Shown here one piece after another: positions 1 to 13,705 of a stretch of 64,000 nt of DNA. Positions within the stretch are counted from its first letter, which is position 1, and the number at the start of each line of letters is the position of its first letter. Source of the DNA: Microthyrium microscopicum (taxonomy: Eukaryota); contig MU004230.1 in the NCBI GenBank assembly GCA_010405405.1, forward strand, positions 34,627 through 98,626, given 5' to 3'. The translations under genes and the position numbers were made by a program. Below the pieces are notes generated by a model. The model saw only the letters and a program-made list of their open reading frames with translations, did no database searches and had not been told where the DNA came from.

Positions 1-904
1 TAATATATATTTATACTTTAGTAATATTATTATAATAGTACGTATTAAGATTCTTTCTACTTATTATAGCTCTATAATAGTATCTATATATATTAAATAG
101 TAGTCCTTAATAGAAATTATATATATTTTGTTTTATTTTTTAGTCTTTCTAAGTAGTTCTTAATTTATACTTTTATAAAAGACTACTTTACTCTTTTTTT
201 ATCTTTATATTTATAAAAGTACTTCCTTATTTACTTAACTCTATTATACTAGAAACTAAATAATATTATTATACTAATATTTATAATAATATATTTCTTT
301 ATACTTAAATAGTATATTTATTATATAACTAAAAGCTTCTTATTTAGATAGTTTACTAAAAATATTTATAATAAAGGCTAGTAGAGTTTTTATAGAGCTT
401 TTTATAAATAGAATTCTATATTAGATTTATAATCTATTATTAGTATACTTTATATATATATAGTAGGTTTATAGTTAATACTTTAGATTCTATTTATTAT
501 ATAATTAGACTTATAATTACCTTCCTATCTTTTATATCTATTTCCTTAAAATCTAAAGGCTAAGAATTAAGTTTTAGATAATAAACTTAGTAAATAAACT
601 CTAAATTATTACTCTAAGAATATTCTAGGATACTAGACTTATTATAACTATATAAAGCTTATATCTTTTTATTTTAGCTACTAAACTTAACTAGATATAT
701 AAGTAGATTCTATTTTATTATTATATAAAGCTTATATTTACTTAGTATATATTATATACTATCTACTTTAATAGTTTACTATTTTATAATTTTTAAGCTA
801 ATAGATTCTTTATATTCTACTAAATTAGATATCTATACTATATAAAATACCTTTTATAATCTATTTCTACTCTTTATATATAAATTTACTTTTTTTTATA
901 ATAA
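1..904. mobile_element. RIP-degraded repeat DNA (host of the Gypsy insertion), left part; family not identifiable
   Basis: Very AT-rich, TpA-rich and CpA/TpG-poor, with no ORFs. Ends exactly at the TSD of the LTR element. Confidence 0.55.
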
Positions 905-909
905 CTTAA

Positions 910-1177
910 TATTAGGAACTAGGACACCTCTAGTTTAAGACAACTACTAATAGGACACGTTTACGTAGGATAAAGCGTTATTAGTTAGGTTAACTAATAA
1001 TAACTTATTATAAATATAGATAGCTTAGCAGAGTCCTTATAGCTCTAGATAATAAAGAAGAGAGATTATAAGGGTCTAAGTAACTTCCTAATAATTACTC
1101 TCATTTTCATTTTTATATATTTACTTAAACCATAATAATTATAGTCTTTACCTACTTAGAACGATCCGTTTCTAATA
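910..1177 (+). repeat. 5' LTR (268 bp)
   Basis: tattaggaact...tctaata (TGTTAG...CTAACA termini after RIP). Aligns without gaps to 9420-9687. Confidence 0.92.
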
Positions 1178-3199
1178 TAGTAATTACTTCTCAACCCTTA
1201 AGTACCTAAAGAAATTATTTTTATCTTTTATTTAATTAGAAACTATATCTAACAGTAGATATTTAGACCTTAACGTCTAAATAAGACTTAGATAGCCTTA
1301 ACTATTAAGCTAAGAATTACTAGTACCTATTCTACCCTAAATTAATATATTTAAAAGTCTATTAGACCTATCTAATATTAAATTAGCCAACCCTAACCTA
1401 CCTAGGCCTAGGGAGACCTAAAATAACTTTATAACGCGCTATAAAAAGGAACTTAACGCGCTTATTAATAAAAAGAAGCTAGAGCTTAAAGTATAAGAGC
1501 TAATAGTAAAAACTAGAGCAATTTAGTTTAGCAAGCTTAAAACTACTTAAGAGTTAAAGAACTTTAGCTAAGTTAATATAATAAGACCCAATTAGCATCT
1601 TTTAAGCTAAGCTCTTACTCTTTTAGGATTATTAAATTAGGATAGGCCTAAGATAGAGCCTTATAAGAAGAAGAGTTTCTAGGAATATATATCTTAAGTT
1701 AATAATATTAAATAGAAATTTATTAAATTCTTTTATTAAGAGAGCACCTATAACTAGTAACTCTACTAGTATATTTATAAATATAATTAGCTTAAGAAAG
1801 GGCTATTATAAATAGGATTAGATAATCTTATTCTTTATAAAAAGTCTTAGGACTTAGGATTCTAAAAGATATAGTAAATAGTCTAAGATTATACGCTAAG
1901 CTATCTAGGCTACTTTATAAAGTAAGAATATATTACTTTTAAAAAGTTCTAAATAGTTAAATTAGGTTAATACTACCCTTAGAAACTCTATAATAACCTC
2001 CTTAAGTTATAAAAGAAATAGAGATATAACGACTAGAAGAGCTACCTCTTTTAGTTCTATAAAAGCCTTTTTAAGAATATATAGAAAAAGATTCTCTTTA
2101 ATAAGAAGTTTACTACCTCTATAGTTAAAAAGGCTCTTAAAAAAGCTAACTTATATTAGACTTTTAGTTCTATAAAGGCTAAGGCTTATTCTACTCTTAA
2201 AAAAATAAACCTAGGATAACTTTTTCTAAAATAATGCTTATACTTCTTAGAAGATAAGTATAAGTATAAAAAGGGCTTAAAAGAGTTAAGAATACTTAGA
2301 AAGTTCTTCTATCCTTTAAAAGATAGTAAGGTAGAATAGGCTATACTTAAAATAACTTAAAATGTAGATATTTTACTAGAGTCTAACTTAAAAAAAATTA
2401 AATACTTTAAATATAATAAACTCTACTTTAAAATAGAATACCCTAAGCTATAAAAAAAAGATAAAGCTATAAAGTTATAGACTAGAACTTAGTAGCCTTT
2501 CTTATTAATAAGATAGCCTAGCTTAGTACTAAATAGCTCTATAAGACTATTATTATATACGTCCTAGAGATATTAAAGGCTAAGAATAATAACTTACCTA
2601 GTAAGGTAGACTTTATAAGACTAAAGTTAAAGCAAATATACTTATAAGAAAGTCTAAAAAATAATAAGAGCTAGGAAGCCTTATCCTTAGATATTATAGT
2701 TAATTATAAATTATACTTTAACGTTATAAATATTAAGCTAGCTAAAAGACTTTAGCTTTATATTACTCCTCTTCTTAAAATACTTATAATATACTTAAAT
2801 AATACTTCTATATAAATTTATAAAGTTATAGAAGCTATAGTAATAGTAGTTAACTTAAATAGCCTTCTTAAAATTAAAATAGAGTTATTTTATATTATAG
2901 ACTCCTTATATTACCTTATTATTATAAGAATACTCTAGTTAGAGAAATAGAATCCTCTTCTAAACTTTAAAAATAAGACTCTTACGTAGAAGTAACCTTT
3001 TAGTAGCTTCTATAGTAAGATAGAGATTATAAATACTAATAAGTTTTCTAAGTTAGCTTAGGATAGTTTATCCTAACTATTTAATTATTTAGTTAGGTTA
3101 CTAGATCTAAATTTATTTATAGAAGAGCTTCTAAGTAAGTATTTATAGTTTATTAAAGCCTTTAATAAATAAGATATACTTAAACTAGTTTAATATAGT

Positions 3200-6100
3200 C
3201 TATAAAACCTTAAGATTAACTTAGAGCTAAGCGCTATAATATTATATAGACTTATTTATAGCCTCTTAAAAGCTAAGTTAGTTATTTTACATAAATACTT
3301 AGATACTTATTTTATAAGAGATTAGATTTAGAAGTTAAGATCTTCTACTAAAGCTCTTATCCTCTTTATAAAGAAGAAAGATAAGATATTATAACTTTAT
3401 ATAGACTATTAAAGCTTAAATAATATTATTATTAAAGATTAATATATATTACTTCTTATTAAGAAGTTTTTAAATAAACTTTAAGGCGCTAAGTTCTTTA
3501 CTAGCCTTAACTTATATAAAGCTTACTATTATTTACGTATTAAAGACAATAATAAGTAGAAGACTACATTTAAGACTAAATATAAGATATTTAAGTATAT
3601 AGTAGTCTTATTTAGACTTATAAATACTCTTACGGCCTTCTAAGTATATATTAACTAAGCATTAAGAGGCTTAGTAGACGTAATATATATCATTTACCTT
3701 AATAATATCTTTATTTACTTTAAAACTAAGAAATAATATATTAAAGACGTCTAAAAAGTTCTATAGTAACTTATAAAGTATTATTTATACGTAAAACTAT
3801 TTAAGTATAAGTTTTATATTAGTAGTATAGAGTATTTAAGTTATATTATAACCTTAAATAGTACTACTATAAATTAGTTATAGGTTAATACGTACTTAGA
3901 TTAGCTAAAACTATATAATATATACTAAGTAAAGAAATTTATTAGCTTTATAAACTACTATTATTAGTTTATTACTAGATTCTCCTATATTACTATATTA
4001 CTAAACGCCTTAACTTAGAAAGAATTAAGTTAGGCCTTAAAAGGCCTAAAGCTATAATAAAAAGAGTTTATAAATATTAAATTACTACTAGATACCTTAG
4101 ATTCTTTTAATAAACTAAAAGATTTTTTTATAAACGCGCTAATTTTAGCCTATTTTAACCTTATGCTTTCTATACAATTAGAAATTAATACCTTTAGAAG
4201 AGTAATTTATAAAATATTAAGCTAAAAATAGCACAATAAAGACTAGGATAGCCTATAGAAACCTATTATATTCTATTCTTAGAAATTATCTCTACTAGAG
4301 AGCTACTATAGGACTCTATAATAGAAATTCTTAATAATTATAGATTCCTTAAAAGTATTTAGAAAGTACTTATAAGGCTTACTAGACTAATTCTAGGTCT
4401 TAATAGACTATATAAACCTTAAATTACTTAAAATAATATTAAAAATATTATTAATATACGCAAAGTAGGCAAATTTACTCTTAGAATATAATTTTAATAT
4501 TAAGCATCACTTAAGTAAGATAAATTTAGCTAATAGACCTTTAAGACACTTAAACTACGTTAAAGAGAGCTAAAAAGAATAGAAAAAGACTATAAAAGCG
4601 TTACTTAACTTACTTTATAATAAGTTATAGCTTAACAACGCTTCTATAGCTAAAACTAACACTATTAGACTTATAAACTTTATTATTATATACATTAGTA
4701 TTAATATATAATATCTTACTATAAATTAACTTAAGAAGAGTTAAGATAAGCCTACTAAGACTTAGAAGTATTTAAAAATAAGTTTTAATAAGATTTTAGC
4801 TATTAACGAACCCTCTCTAACTAAGAATAACTTAGATAAAGCTAAATAGATAAGTAGAAATCTCATTTTTATTAAGAAAGAGTTACAAAAAAAGAAAATC
4901 CTATAAAGGTTCTATAATAATGCTATAGAAGGCAATTATAAGAGGTTAAAGAAGATACTTAAAAAGATTAAGCACTACTATATTTAGGACTACGTCTAGA
5001 AAGACGTTAAGAACTATTATAAAGCTTACCTTAATTACTAATATAATAAATCTATTAAATAAGCCTAGAAAGAGTTATTAATAGCCTTACTAGTTCTAGA
5101 AGCGCTATAAGAAGATATTATTATAAATTTTATTATAGATTTACTTCTAAGTATCTATAATAGTTAAACCTATAACTCTATTATAGTAGTTATTAATAAA
5201 TTAACTAAAATAGCCTACTATGTTTTAATAAAAAAGAATATAGACGCAAAAGACTTTACTAAGATTTTTTTATAGAAGATTATATACTTATATAGCGTAC
5301 CTTATACTATTATATCTAATTAAGAACCTCTCTTTATTTCTAAGTATTAGAAAACATTTCTTTATTACCTTTCTATTCTTAAAAAGTTCTTAATAGTATT
5401 CTATCTATAGACTAACGATTAAATAAAGTACTTAAACTAGGAGGTTAAGTACTACTTATAGATTTATAAGTATTAGGAATAGGACAATTAGGTAAGATAG
5501 CTTAGTTTAGCTAAGTTTAATTATAATAATAGTATTTACTTATTAACTAAAGTTACTTCTTTTATTATATATATTAGAAAGAACCCCTATGTTCCTAAAT
5601 TAGCTAAAACGCTATTAAAAAGTATTATACCTAACATTAAAGAGATAGTAAACTATATCTTATCTTTATAACATATAATAAGGGACAAATTAGCTAAAGT
5701 ATAGCTATACTAAGCTAACTAGTATAATAAAAAGAAGAGAAACGTTTATTTAAATATTAGTAACTAAGTTTTGCTTAATATAAAGAATATTTAGACTACT
5801 TATATTAAGAAGAAGCTTAATATTAAGTATATAAATTCTTTTAAAATTATAGAGATTATAAACACTAATACTTACTAGCTTAACTTTCTAAAGAATATAT
5901 AAGTTTATAATATATTCTATATCTCTTTATTAAAGCTATATAAGCTAAACCCTTACTTTTTATAGAAGTCTATATTACTATAGGATTCTTTAAACTTAGA
6001 AGACTTAGATATATATAATATAAAGAAGGTAATAAAGTATATAGTAGATAAAAAAAGTAAATACTACTACCTTATAAAATAGAAAGGTTACCTAAATTCT

Positions 6101-6200
6101 AAATTAACCTAAGAGCTTATAGCTAACTTTTCTTTAACTACTTTAAAGCGTTATTACGTAAAGTTAGCTAAGAAGAGTATTATACTAGTAATAAATATAA
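3200..6200 (+). pseudogene. RIP-destroyed pol (RT, RNase H, integrase, chromodomain); boundaries approximate
   Basis: Motifs become recognisable after reversing C>T/G>A changes. Many TAA/TAG stops replace Gln/Trp codons. Confidence 0.88.
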
Positions 6201-9200
6201 TTAGAAAAGTAGTTAAATACAAAATAATATATTTAAATAATATTATAGATAGGTTAATAGATCTTAACTCTATAAAACTAAAAAGATAGCTAAAAAAGCT
6301 AAAGAAGACTTAAAAGACTTAAAATAAGCTTTTAAAGAAGAAGAATAGTTACTTTATAATTTTCTTACTAATTAAAACCTAAATTAATCTCTTTATATAT
6401 ATATTATAATAAATTAACTTAAAGTAACTTAAAAATAGTACTAAATAATAAGTATATAAAAAAACTACTAAGTTATAAATATATAAAATAACCTAGAATA
6501 ATATATAAAATAAGTCTTTATATATATATAAGGAGTACTCCTTTAAGAACCCTTTATAACGTAAAATAGGGTTAAAATATATATTAGAAAATATATAAAA
6601 GAATAAGTAATTTCTAACTAAGAGTCAAATTAGCTATATAATAGTTTTATAAGGATATCTATTAACGAACTTATTCTTAGGAAATCTTAGAAGAGTATCT
6701 ACTAACTAACTTATCCTTAAGAGACGTAAAATAACTTAATATAATAAGAAATAGCCTTACTTAGCTAATTAAGGCTAAATATAGATAATACTAAATTCTA
6801 AAAGACTTAAGATAACCTATCTAACCTTATTTTAACTTAAGAAGAAGCTACCTAGCTTATCTTATACTTTTTTATAGTAGAACTTATAGCCTTAACCTTA
6901 GAATAGTCCTTATTAGTATAACTATCCTTATAGAAGGCCTTAATAGCCTTTTTAATATAAGCTTTAATCTCTTAGTGCTTAGAAGCGCTAAAATAAGCCT
7001 TATAGCGCTTAAAAAGCGCTTAAGAGTTTGTAAGGACGCTACTTAGATTATTCTTAGTATTAGTAAGTTATTATAAGATAGTTAGACGTAAAGTAACCTA
7101 TTATAAATATAAAAAGACTTATCTAAGATAAGTTAGGTCTTTAAGGACTAATAATATAGTAGAAGTTTTAATACTAAGAATATAGTATATTATAGTACTT
7201 AAAGCGCTTAGAAGGATAGAATTAGATATTAGTAACTAAGAAAGTTAGATAAGTTATAATATGCTTCTTTAATTCTAAAAGGCTATTATTTACTAGCTTT
7301 TAGGTAGCTTTAGTATCTATATAGTAGTTAATAAGCGTATAGGTTATATAGAAGTTACTCTTAGTAATACTAGAGTATAATAAAAAGAAATTAGCTATTA
7401 GCTACTTAGATATATAACTATAAACTAATTAGCGTCTAAATATATAAAACTAGACTAGAATTAGTTAAAATAAGTACTTATGACTTATAAAGAATTATTA
7501 TATACTTATAAGCGTATTAAATACTATTATAAAGTATATACTTATCCTTATAAAATAATTTATCCTAAGAACTATTCTTAAGAGCATAAATAACCTTATT
7601 AATTATAATATAGACTAAGATAAGCTTAGCCTTATTATAAAGGTCTTAATAAGGAACAACTTACTTATATTAGTATAATATAATATAAAATAAGCTAGAA
7701 TAGGATATTACTTCTAGATAATCCTTAGTTAACTTTATATTAAAGTATTTAATGAAGTACTTACTTAAACTAACTTACTAAGCATAATAATAGTCTAAGT
7801 TAGGAATAAGATAAAGTTTAGTAGTTAAAGAAGAAGAGAAATACATAGTATAGACTTTTATATAACACTAATAAGGATTTAAGATTAAGTAGTATTATAA
7901 TAAGCTAAGTAAAGCTATAATATTCTTATTAGCGTATTCTTACTTTATTTTATTTTTAAAGACTACTTTAGTAAGGTCTATAATATTAGTAGTTAAGATT
8001 TAGTTATTATAGGACGTAATAATATTATTATTAGTAAGAATAGTTACTATAGTTTTACTAAAGTTAAAGTTACCTTTAGTAAGAACTTAAGAGCTTTTAA
8101 TAGAATCTTTAAGTAACTTATTTATATTAACGCCTACTTTAAACAAAAATAGGTTTAAAAGTATATAAGTTAGTTAAAATAAGTTATTAAAGGTTAAAAG
8201 AATATAAAGTATACTAAAATAAGTTAAAAAAACCTAAAGAAGCGTTAAGTAGCTTAATAACTAAGAAGAGAAAATTTATAATTATTAGAGAAAGACCTAT
8301 AACGCAAAATAGGTTAGTAATAGTAATTTTTATATATATTTACAAAATTATAGAATTTCTACTTATCTTAAAATTTAAAGTATAAAGAATAAGAAATAGA
8401 GAATTTAGAGTAAAAAGGGTTATTTTATACCTAAATCTTTCTACTTTTCTAAAATAGCTAAGTATTAACATAATAGTACTTAGTAAAGACTTATAAGAGC
8501 TTTTTATAAAAAAAGGAAGTTATATATAGTATAGTAAGTACTTAGAAAGGTTATAACTTTCTAAATAAAAAAGTATAATTTTAGCCTTAGAGTCTTTAAA
8601 CTTTTAAGTAAGGATTTAAATACCTTACTATAAATAACGTAAACTAATTCTTAATTAGACATAAAAAGCATTAAGATATATATATAAAAAGTACCTCTTT
8701 AAAAACTCTTTTTAATATAAAATAGAGTTAAAATACGCCTTTAATCTAAAACTAAATAAGGCTTATAAAGTAGTTTTATATATAAGTTATAGTTACTTAA
8801 CCTACTATAAAGCTAATTATACTAAACTAATATAAATTTAGTATATCTAACATAGTATAACTAATTAAGTTAAGCTATATATATTTTAATAACTAGATAA
8901 CTTATACTATATATAGAATAACTATTTAGTAGTATTTTAATAAAATCTAATTAAATATAAATAGTAGCACTATACTATGCTTATAGATAGGTTAATTTAG
9001 CTCTAATAAAGCTAGTATTAACTAATTAAGACTTTAATAGAGCTATTAACTACTTATTAGATGTCTTACTAATATATTAGACTTTAATAACTAGACTTCT
9101 TTAAGTCTAAGTTAATATAGTTAATTATAGCCTAAAACTAGTAGAAAATAGAGAGCTATTTATTTAGAGTAGGTAAAAAATAGAGAGCTATCTATCTTAA

Positions 9201-9419
9201 ATAAGTAATATACTAAAGCTAGAGAATAAGAATATTACTAGGCTATAGAAGACTTCCTAAAGTATAAGTAACCTAATCCTATACGTTTAGTTAAGCCTTA
9301 TTTTCTCCTAAGTCTTAGTATAATAGAGTGTAGTTAAAAGCTATATATAAGCATAAGAAATATCTATTAGAACCTTTAAATATACTCTTTAGGACAAATA
9401 GCCTTAAGAAGAGAGATAA

Positions 9420-9687
9420 TATTAAGAACTAGAATACTTCTAGTTTAAGATAACTATTAATAAAACACGTCTACGTAGAATAAAGCGTTATTAGTTAGAT
9501 TAACTAATAATAACCTATTATAAATATAGATAGCTTAGTAGAGTCTTTATAGCTTTAAGTAATAAAGAAGAGGAATTACAAGAATCTAAGTAACTCTCTA
9601 GTAATTACTCTCGTCCCCATTTTTATATATCTACTTAAACCGTAATAATTATAGTCTTTACCTACTTAGAATGATCCGTTTCTAACA
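9420..9687 (+). repeat. 3' LTR (268 bp), preceded by a polypurine tract
   Basis: tattaagaact...tctaaca. Purine run aagaagagagataa lies immediately upstream and TSD cttaa follows. Confidence 0.92.
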
Positions 9688-9692
9688 CTTAA

Positions 9693-10015
9693 GTTTAATA
9701 AATAGTTTATTATTAGTAAGTTAATACTATATAAGTAGTAGAATAGTAATATATATTAAGAGTATACTAAAAATATATATAAATAGTTATCTTTATATTT
9801 ATTAGCTTAACTATCTATATATAGCCTTTTTATCTAATTAATAAAGAATATATACTAAGAGAGTATAAAATATATTACTAGTTTAAGTATTTTCTAGAAT
9901 TTATTTTTCTTAGTATAATGTATTTTTTTAAGCTAGTTACTTTAGCTTTCTTAAATTATCTAAATTACCTAAACTATAAGCTAGCTAAATTAGCTAATAG
10001 TTTTTATTCTACGTA
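9693..10015. mobile_element. RIP-degraded repeat DNA, right part; end of the AT-rich block
   Basis: Same TpA-rich composition as 1-904. Abrupt shift to balanced base composition at ~10,015-10,100. Confidence 0.5.
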
Positions 10016-10294
10016 ACGCACTAGCGTTAGGCTAATATACGCCCAAACTAGTAGCACCTGTATGTTCTAAAGGTTACTACCTCCTGTTAAAGCATGATTG
10101 CGTCGAGGACGTACCTGCATCTAGAGACTAGTCCAATTTCGTACTCGGCATGTCCAGAAATGGCTAGCGTCAGCCAGAATGCTATAAATAATTCCCTACT
10201 GTCAACTTCAGTCCACAAGTCTATTCAAAAATGTACCACTAAGTTGTTTCTTTAAGCACCATAACTTCTTCATACTACCTGCAGTCAATTTATC

Positions 10295-11821
10295 ATGGCA
10301 CTCCCCGCCCCAACTCTCATCCATCGCTTGCCTAATGAGCTTCTTTACTTATGCTTTCGATACTGTGCTGACTCAGACATGCTGGCAGAGGCAGAAAATT
10401 CTCGCAGCTACTCGGGGCTTCGCGCGTACTCTTCATCGATCAGATATCGCTCACTGTGGGCTATAAGCTTGACTTGCTCCCGATTCTCGCAATTGGTAAG
10501 GCCCTTGCTTTATGCCGACATTAATGTCGCAGCCGATGAGAATAGTTACGAGCAAAGACACCGAGCTGAGCGATTTTATCGCACCATCAAAGAGTTTCCA
10601 TTTTTGAGACAATTGTGTATCATCCTGACCGTCGATGTTGCTATGTTAATACGGCTTGAGCGAAAATGTGCCAGTGGCCATTTCTTTGATAGCCTCAAAG
10701 AGTTGACCTTGTATTGCGTCCAAAGCACTTCGGGCGGAGAAGGAGCGCTAGACTTGGACACCGCTCGCTTACAATCGCCATGGCTATCCTGTCATATAGC
10801 TATTAGCCGGATACCAACTTTACAGAAATTGAGCCTGGATGGTGGATTCGATGAGCTTCGACTACGGCTTGAACATTTGACTCCATTTCTTGAAGATCTC
10901 ACAAATTTGAAAGTACTGAGTTTATCTGGACTGGGATGCCCTGGGGCAAGAGAGAGGCCAGTTAGTACGACTACCTTTGAAGAAAGATCAATCAGCGATG
11001 CAGCAACGATACCAGATACTGTAAGCCCTCGCAATCTCTCATATTATCAACTTCATGCAACTTGTCGATGACATCTTTGCCCACAACTAACAAATTATCA
11101 GCGTCAATTGGGAACAGCTTCCTTCACTGAACTGCATTTGCAAAATCTGAACTATGTCAGCCCTTCTGCGTTGAAGAACTTCCTCTGCTGGCCAAGATCA
11201 TTAAAAGTATTGACCATTGGCTTGACAGGAGTGACAGGAATGGGAGGCTATCCTATCGATTACTCATCAATTACGCCAATGGGAGGCTATGCTATTGATT
11301 ACTTAGTAGAGTCTGGCTACATGGCCTATCCATGGACTCATACTCTACTTGCCAATGTGCTTCATCGCCAAAGAAGTACGTTGCGTGAGCTTCGCGTGGA
11401 GCAGCTGGCTACTCAGGATGGGCTCGATTCTTTCAGTCTTCATGATTTTATCAATCTCGAAACCTTTCAGTGCTGCATCCAGGGTCGCCCAAATCCCGAA
11501 GAAGCATCGCGAATCTGGGCTACACCAACCCTGAAAACTTTGGTTCTAGAATACACAGACCACGATAGCCAACATGGAAAATACTACTTTTTCCTACCAA
11601 ATGACATCGAATGGCTTGACGACTTTGCTAGATCTGTAGTGAAGAAGTCTAAGTATATGGACGCTGGACTTGAATGCATCGAAATATCACCAACAGAAGA
11701 ATCACACTGGAACCCATGGTCGGGCCTCGATGGACGGCAAACAGCGTTGATATTTGAAAACGCAAAACTTGCTGTGGAGAAACATGGTATTAAGTTCAAG
11801 TACCTCCAGTGTACTGTGTAG
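10295..11821 (+). CDS. F-box-like / leucine-rich-repeat protein (2 exons, ~481 aa)
   Basis: N-terminal LIHRLPNELLYLCFRY F-box-like motif and LxxLxL repeats. Intron 11021-11101 (gtaagc...actaac...cag) joins ORFs 10295 and 11108 in frame. Confidence 0.75.
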
Positions 11822-12222
11822 CCGCTTAGAGGATGAACCGAGCGATTGATAGCCGCCCATCGAGGAACAGTGCCTCCATCAACCACCATAAAGGCACGAT
11901 ATTTGATTTTCGTCGTAAAAGGCCATCATGATGAGCGCTTGGAAAGAAATAGGACGCCGAACTATGCAGATCAACCTTTGCCATACAATTCCCGTAGGCG
12001 AGACAGTCTGCTTTGGTACAGTCAAAACAATGATCTGGCTATTCGTTAGATGGGGTTTTGTCAAAATTGAATATAGATTATTGCCTTAGACTACGAATAG
12101 CAGTAAACATTATAGAATAATTCAACGGTTGGCACTACAGCCAGTGAAAATCGTTCAAGTTGACAAAGATCGTTAGTCCCAGGACTCGTTTTTTATGGGG
12201 CTAGTCTGATGTACGGCTACAT

Positions 12223-13705
12223 CTAGCAAGTTGGCTTGGTTGGCGGAGTAGCAAAATAGACCTTGTTGTAAACATTGTTTCCAGTATGCAAAGTCGATGA
12301 TGGTGGCACACTTCCAGGGCCACCAGTCTGACTGGCATTTGGGAACAATGCAAAGCCAGAATCCGGTGAAAGAACACTGTTCGGGCAGCCAAGGGCTGTA
12401 CCAGGTCCAATAATTGGAGCCAGCGTTGTGAGAGCCCAAGTAATGGCTTTGGCGCCATCTTCTTCCGTTCCAGCAATGGCCAAAGGAGTGATCGAATTGA
12501 GGCCCATGTAGATGTCGCAAAGGATCGTTTGCGGGCTTAGATTGGGTGTTCCGAGTTGTGGAAACGCAGGTACAATGATGTTGCGAGGATATACGGTTGT
12601 AAAAGCGTCAACCAAAGCATCAACAGCACCATATGGTGTAGCACGACGGTACCAGTTTTCAGGCCACTTTTCTGGAACATAGGTGAAGTCTCCAGTTGTT
12701 GAGTCGTATTGAGCGCCAATGATGGAAGATATGCTTTCGTAGTTTGCCACACCGCCAGCGAGATAGGTTCCGTTGGAGAAGAAGTTTGGGTAAAAGGCAA
12801 ACGCTCCGAGACTGACAATCAAAGGGAATGGGAAAAAGTAGAGATATGGATTGTAGAGCTTGGAGAAGTCGGCTTGAGCGGCATATTGGGAGGTCATTAC
12901 GTCCAGTGTGAACTGCTTGCTGGAATCGGCGGCAGCGAAACCAACGTTCTGTTTGAACAATCTCGATGAAAGGTGGTGGTTATCACCACAGCCGTTGTAG
13001 AAGTCTGATCATTGTTAGTAAAGTTCTATGGTAAAACAAAATAATGGCCATTGAAGGTCCCAGCACTCCACACTACTGCTAGAGTTTCGCAAGAGGGTGG
13101 AAAGGCTAGAGCGGCTAGTGTATGAAGCGGTGAAGAGGATTCCTACCTTCTCGATTTGGAGAAACATCTGTCTCAACGGTAGAATGACGATTGAGACCAC
13201 CAACCCCTCCTACCGAAGAAAGGGAAAAGCTCTCAGTGGCAATATCACCATCAGTTAGCACAGCGAATGTTGCAAGAACCGCGGCAAGATCTGCTCCCAT
13301 ATTGAAACCACGAGCAGTCGCATCCAGGACTTGCCCGAAATTGACGTGCCCATCTCTGGGCAAGTATCCATAGTTGGCGAGAAGGTTGAGACCTGGGCAT
13401 GGTCCACGAGCGTCATTTGGACCTGGTGCGATGAATTCATATCCAGGCTCAGGGCGTTTATTGTCCGGATCAACCGAGCTTGCAATGGATCCAAGGAGAC
13501 CAGCTACGGTATTCGTCAAGGCTCCAATGGTGCCAGTCAGACCGCTCACCACGCCACCAAGTAATTGACGCTTTTCCGCCGAGGATTCTGCCTGGCGTTC
13601 TCGAAGATATGTTTCCATTTCTGCCCTTGAGGAAACTCCGGCCATGCCAGGAAAGGCGACAGAGAGGGCTGGCAAGGCCAAGACGAACGTATCTTGTAGT
13701 CTCAT
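12223..13705 (-). CDS. Secreted heme-thiolate peroxidase (unspecific peroxygenase/chloroperoxidase family, long type)
   Basis: Signal peptide; RGPCPGLNLLANYGYLPR proximal-Cys motif; HSTVETDVSPNRED acid-base region; C-terminal PENWYRR. One intron at ~13005-13145. Confidence 0.88.

Larger units (their letters stand above)
910..9687 (+). mobile_element. Full-length RIP-inactivated Ty3/Gypsy (chromovirus) LTR retrotransposon
   Basis: Direct LTRs at 910-1177 and 9420-9687, with CTTAA on both sides (905-909, 9688-9692). Reversing RIP restores pol motifs in Gypsy order: RT (PFGLTNAPAAFQ ~3608-3643; YLDD read as tac ctt aat aat 3695-3706), RNase H (LAHFDP..IQLETDAS ~4145-4195), integrase (PWEDITMDF ~5105; FHPQTDGQ ~5400), chromodomain (YLVKWKGYP..TWEP ~6068-6120). 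Confidence 0.93.

Noticed and set aside
660..780. Possible BED zinc finger on the minus strand, which with a possible hAT-like terminus near 10,010 would make the outer repeat a hAT element
   Set aside because: The candidate CxxC and NLxxHL pieces are not in the same frame. Too degraded to assign a family.
1178..1192. Possible self-priming or tRNA primer-binding site (tagtaattactt) after the 5' LTR
   Set aside because: RIP has left an AT-rich palindrome, so complementarity cannot be assessed.
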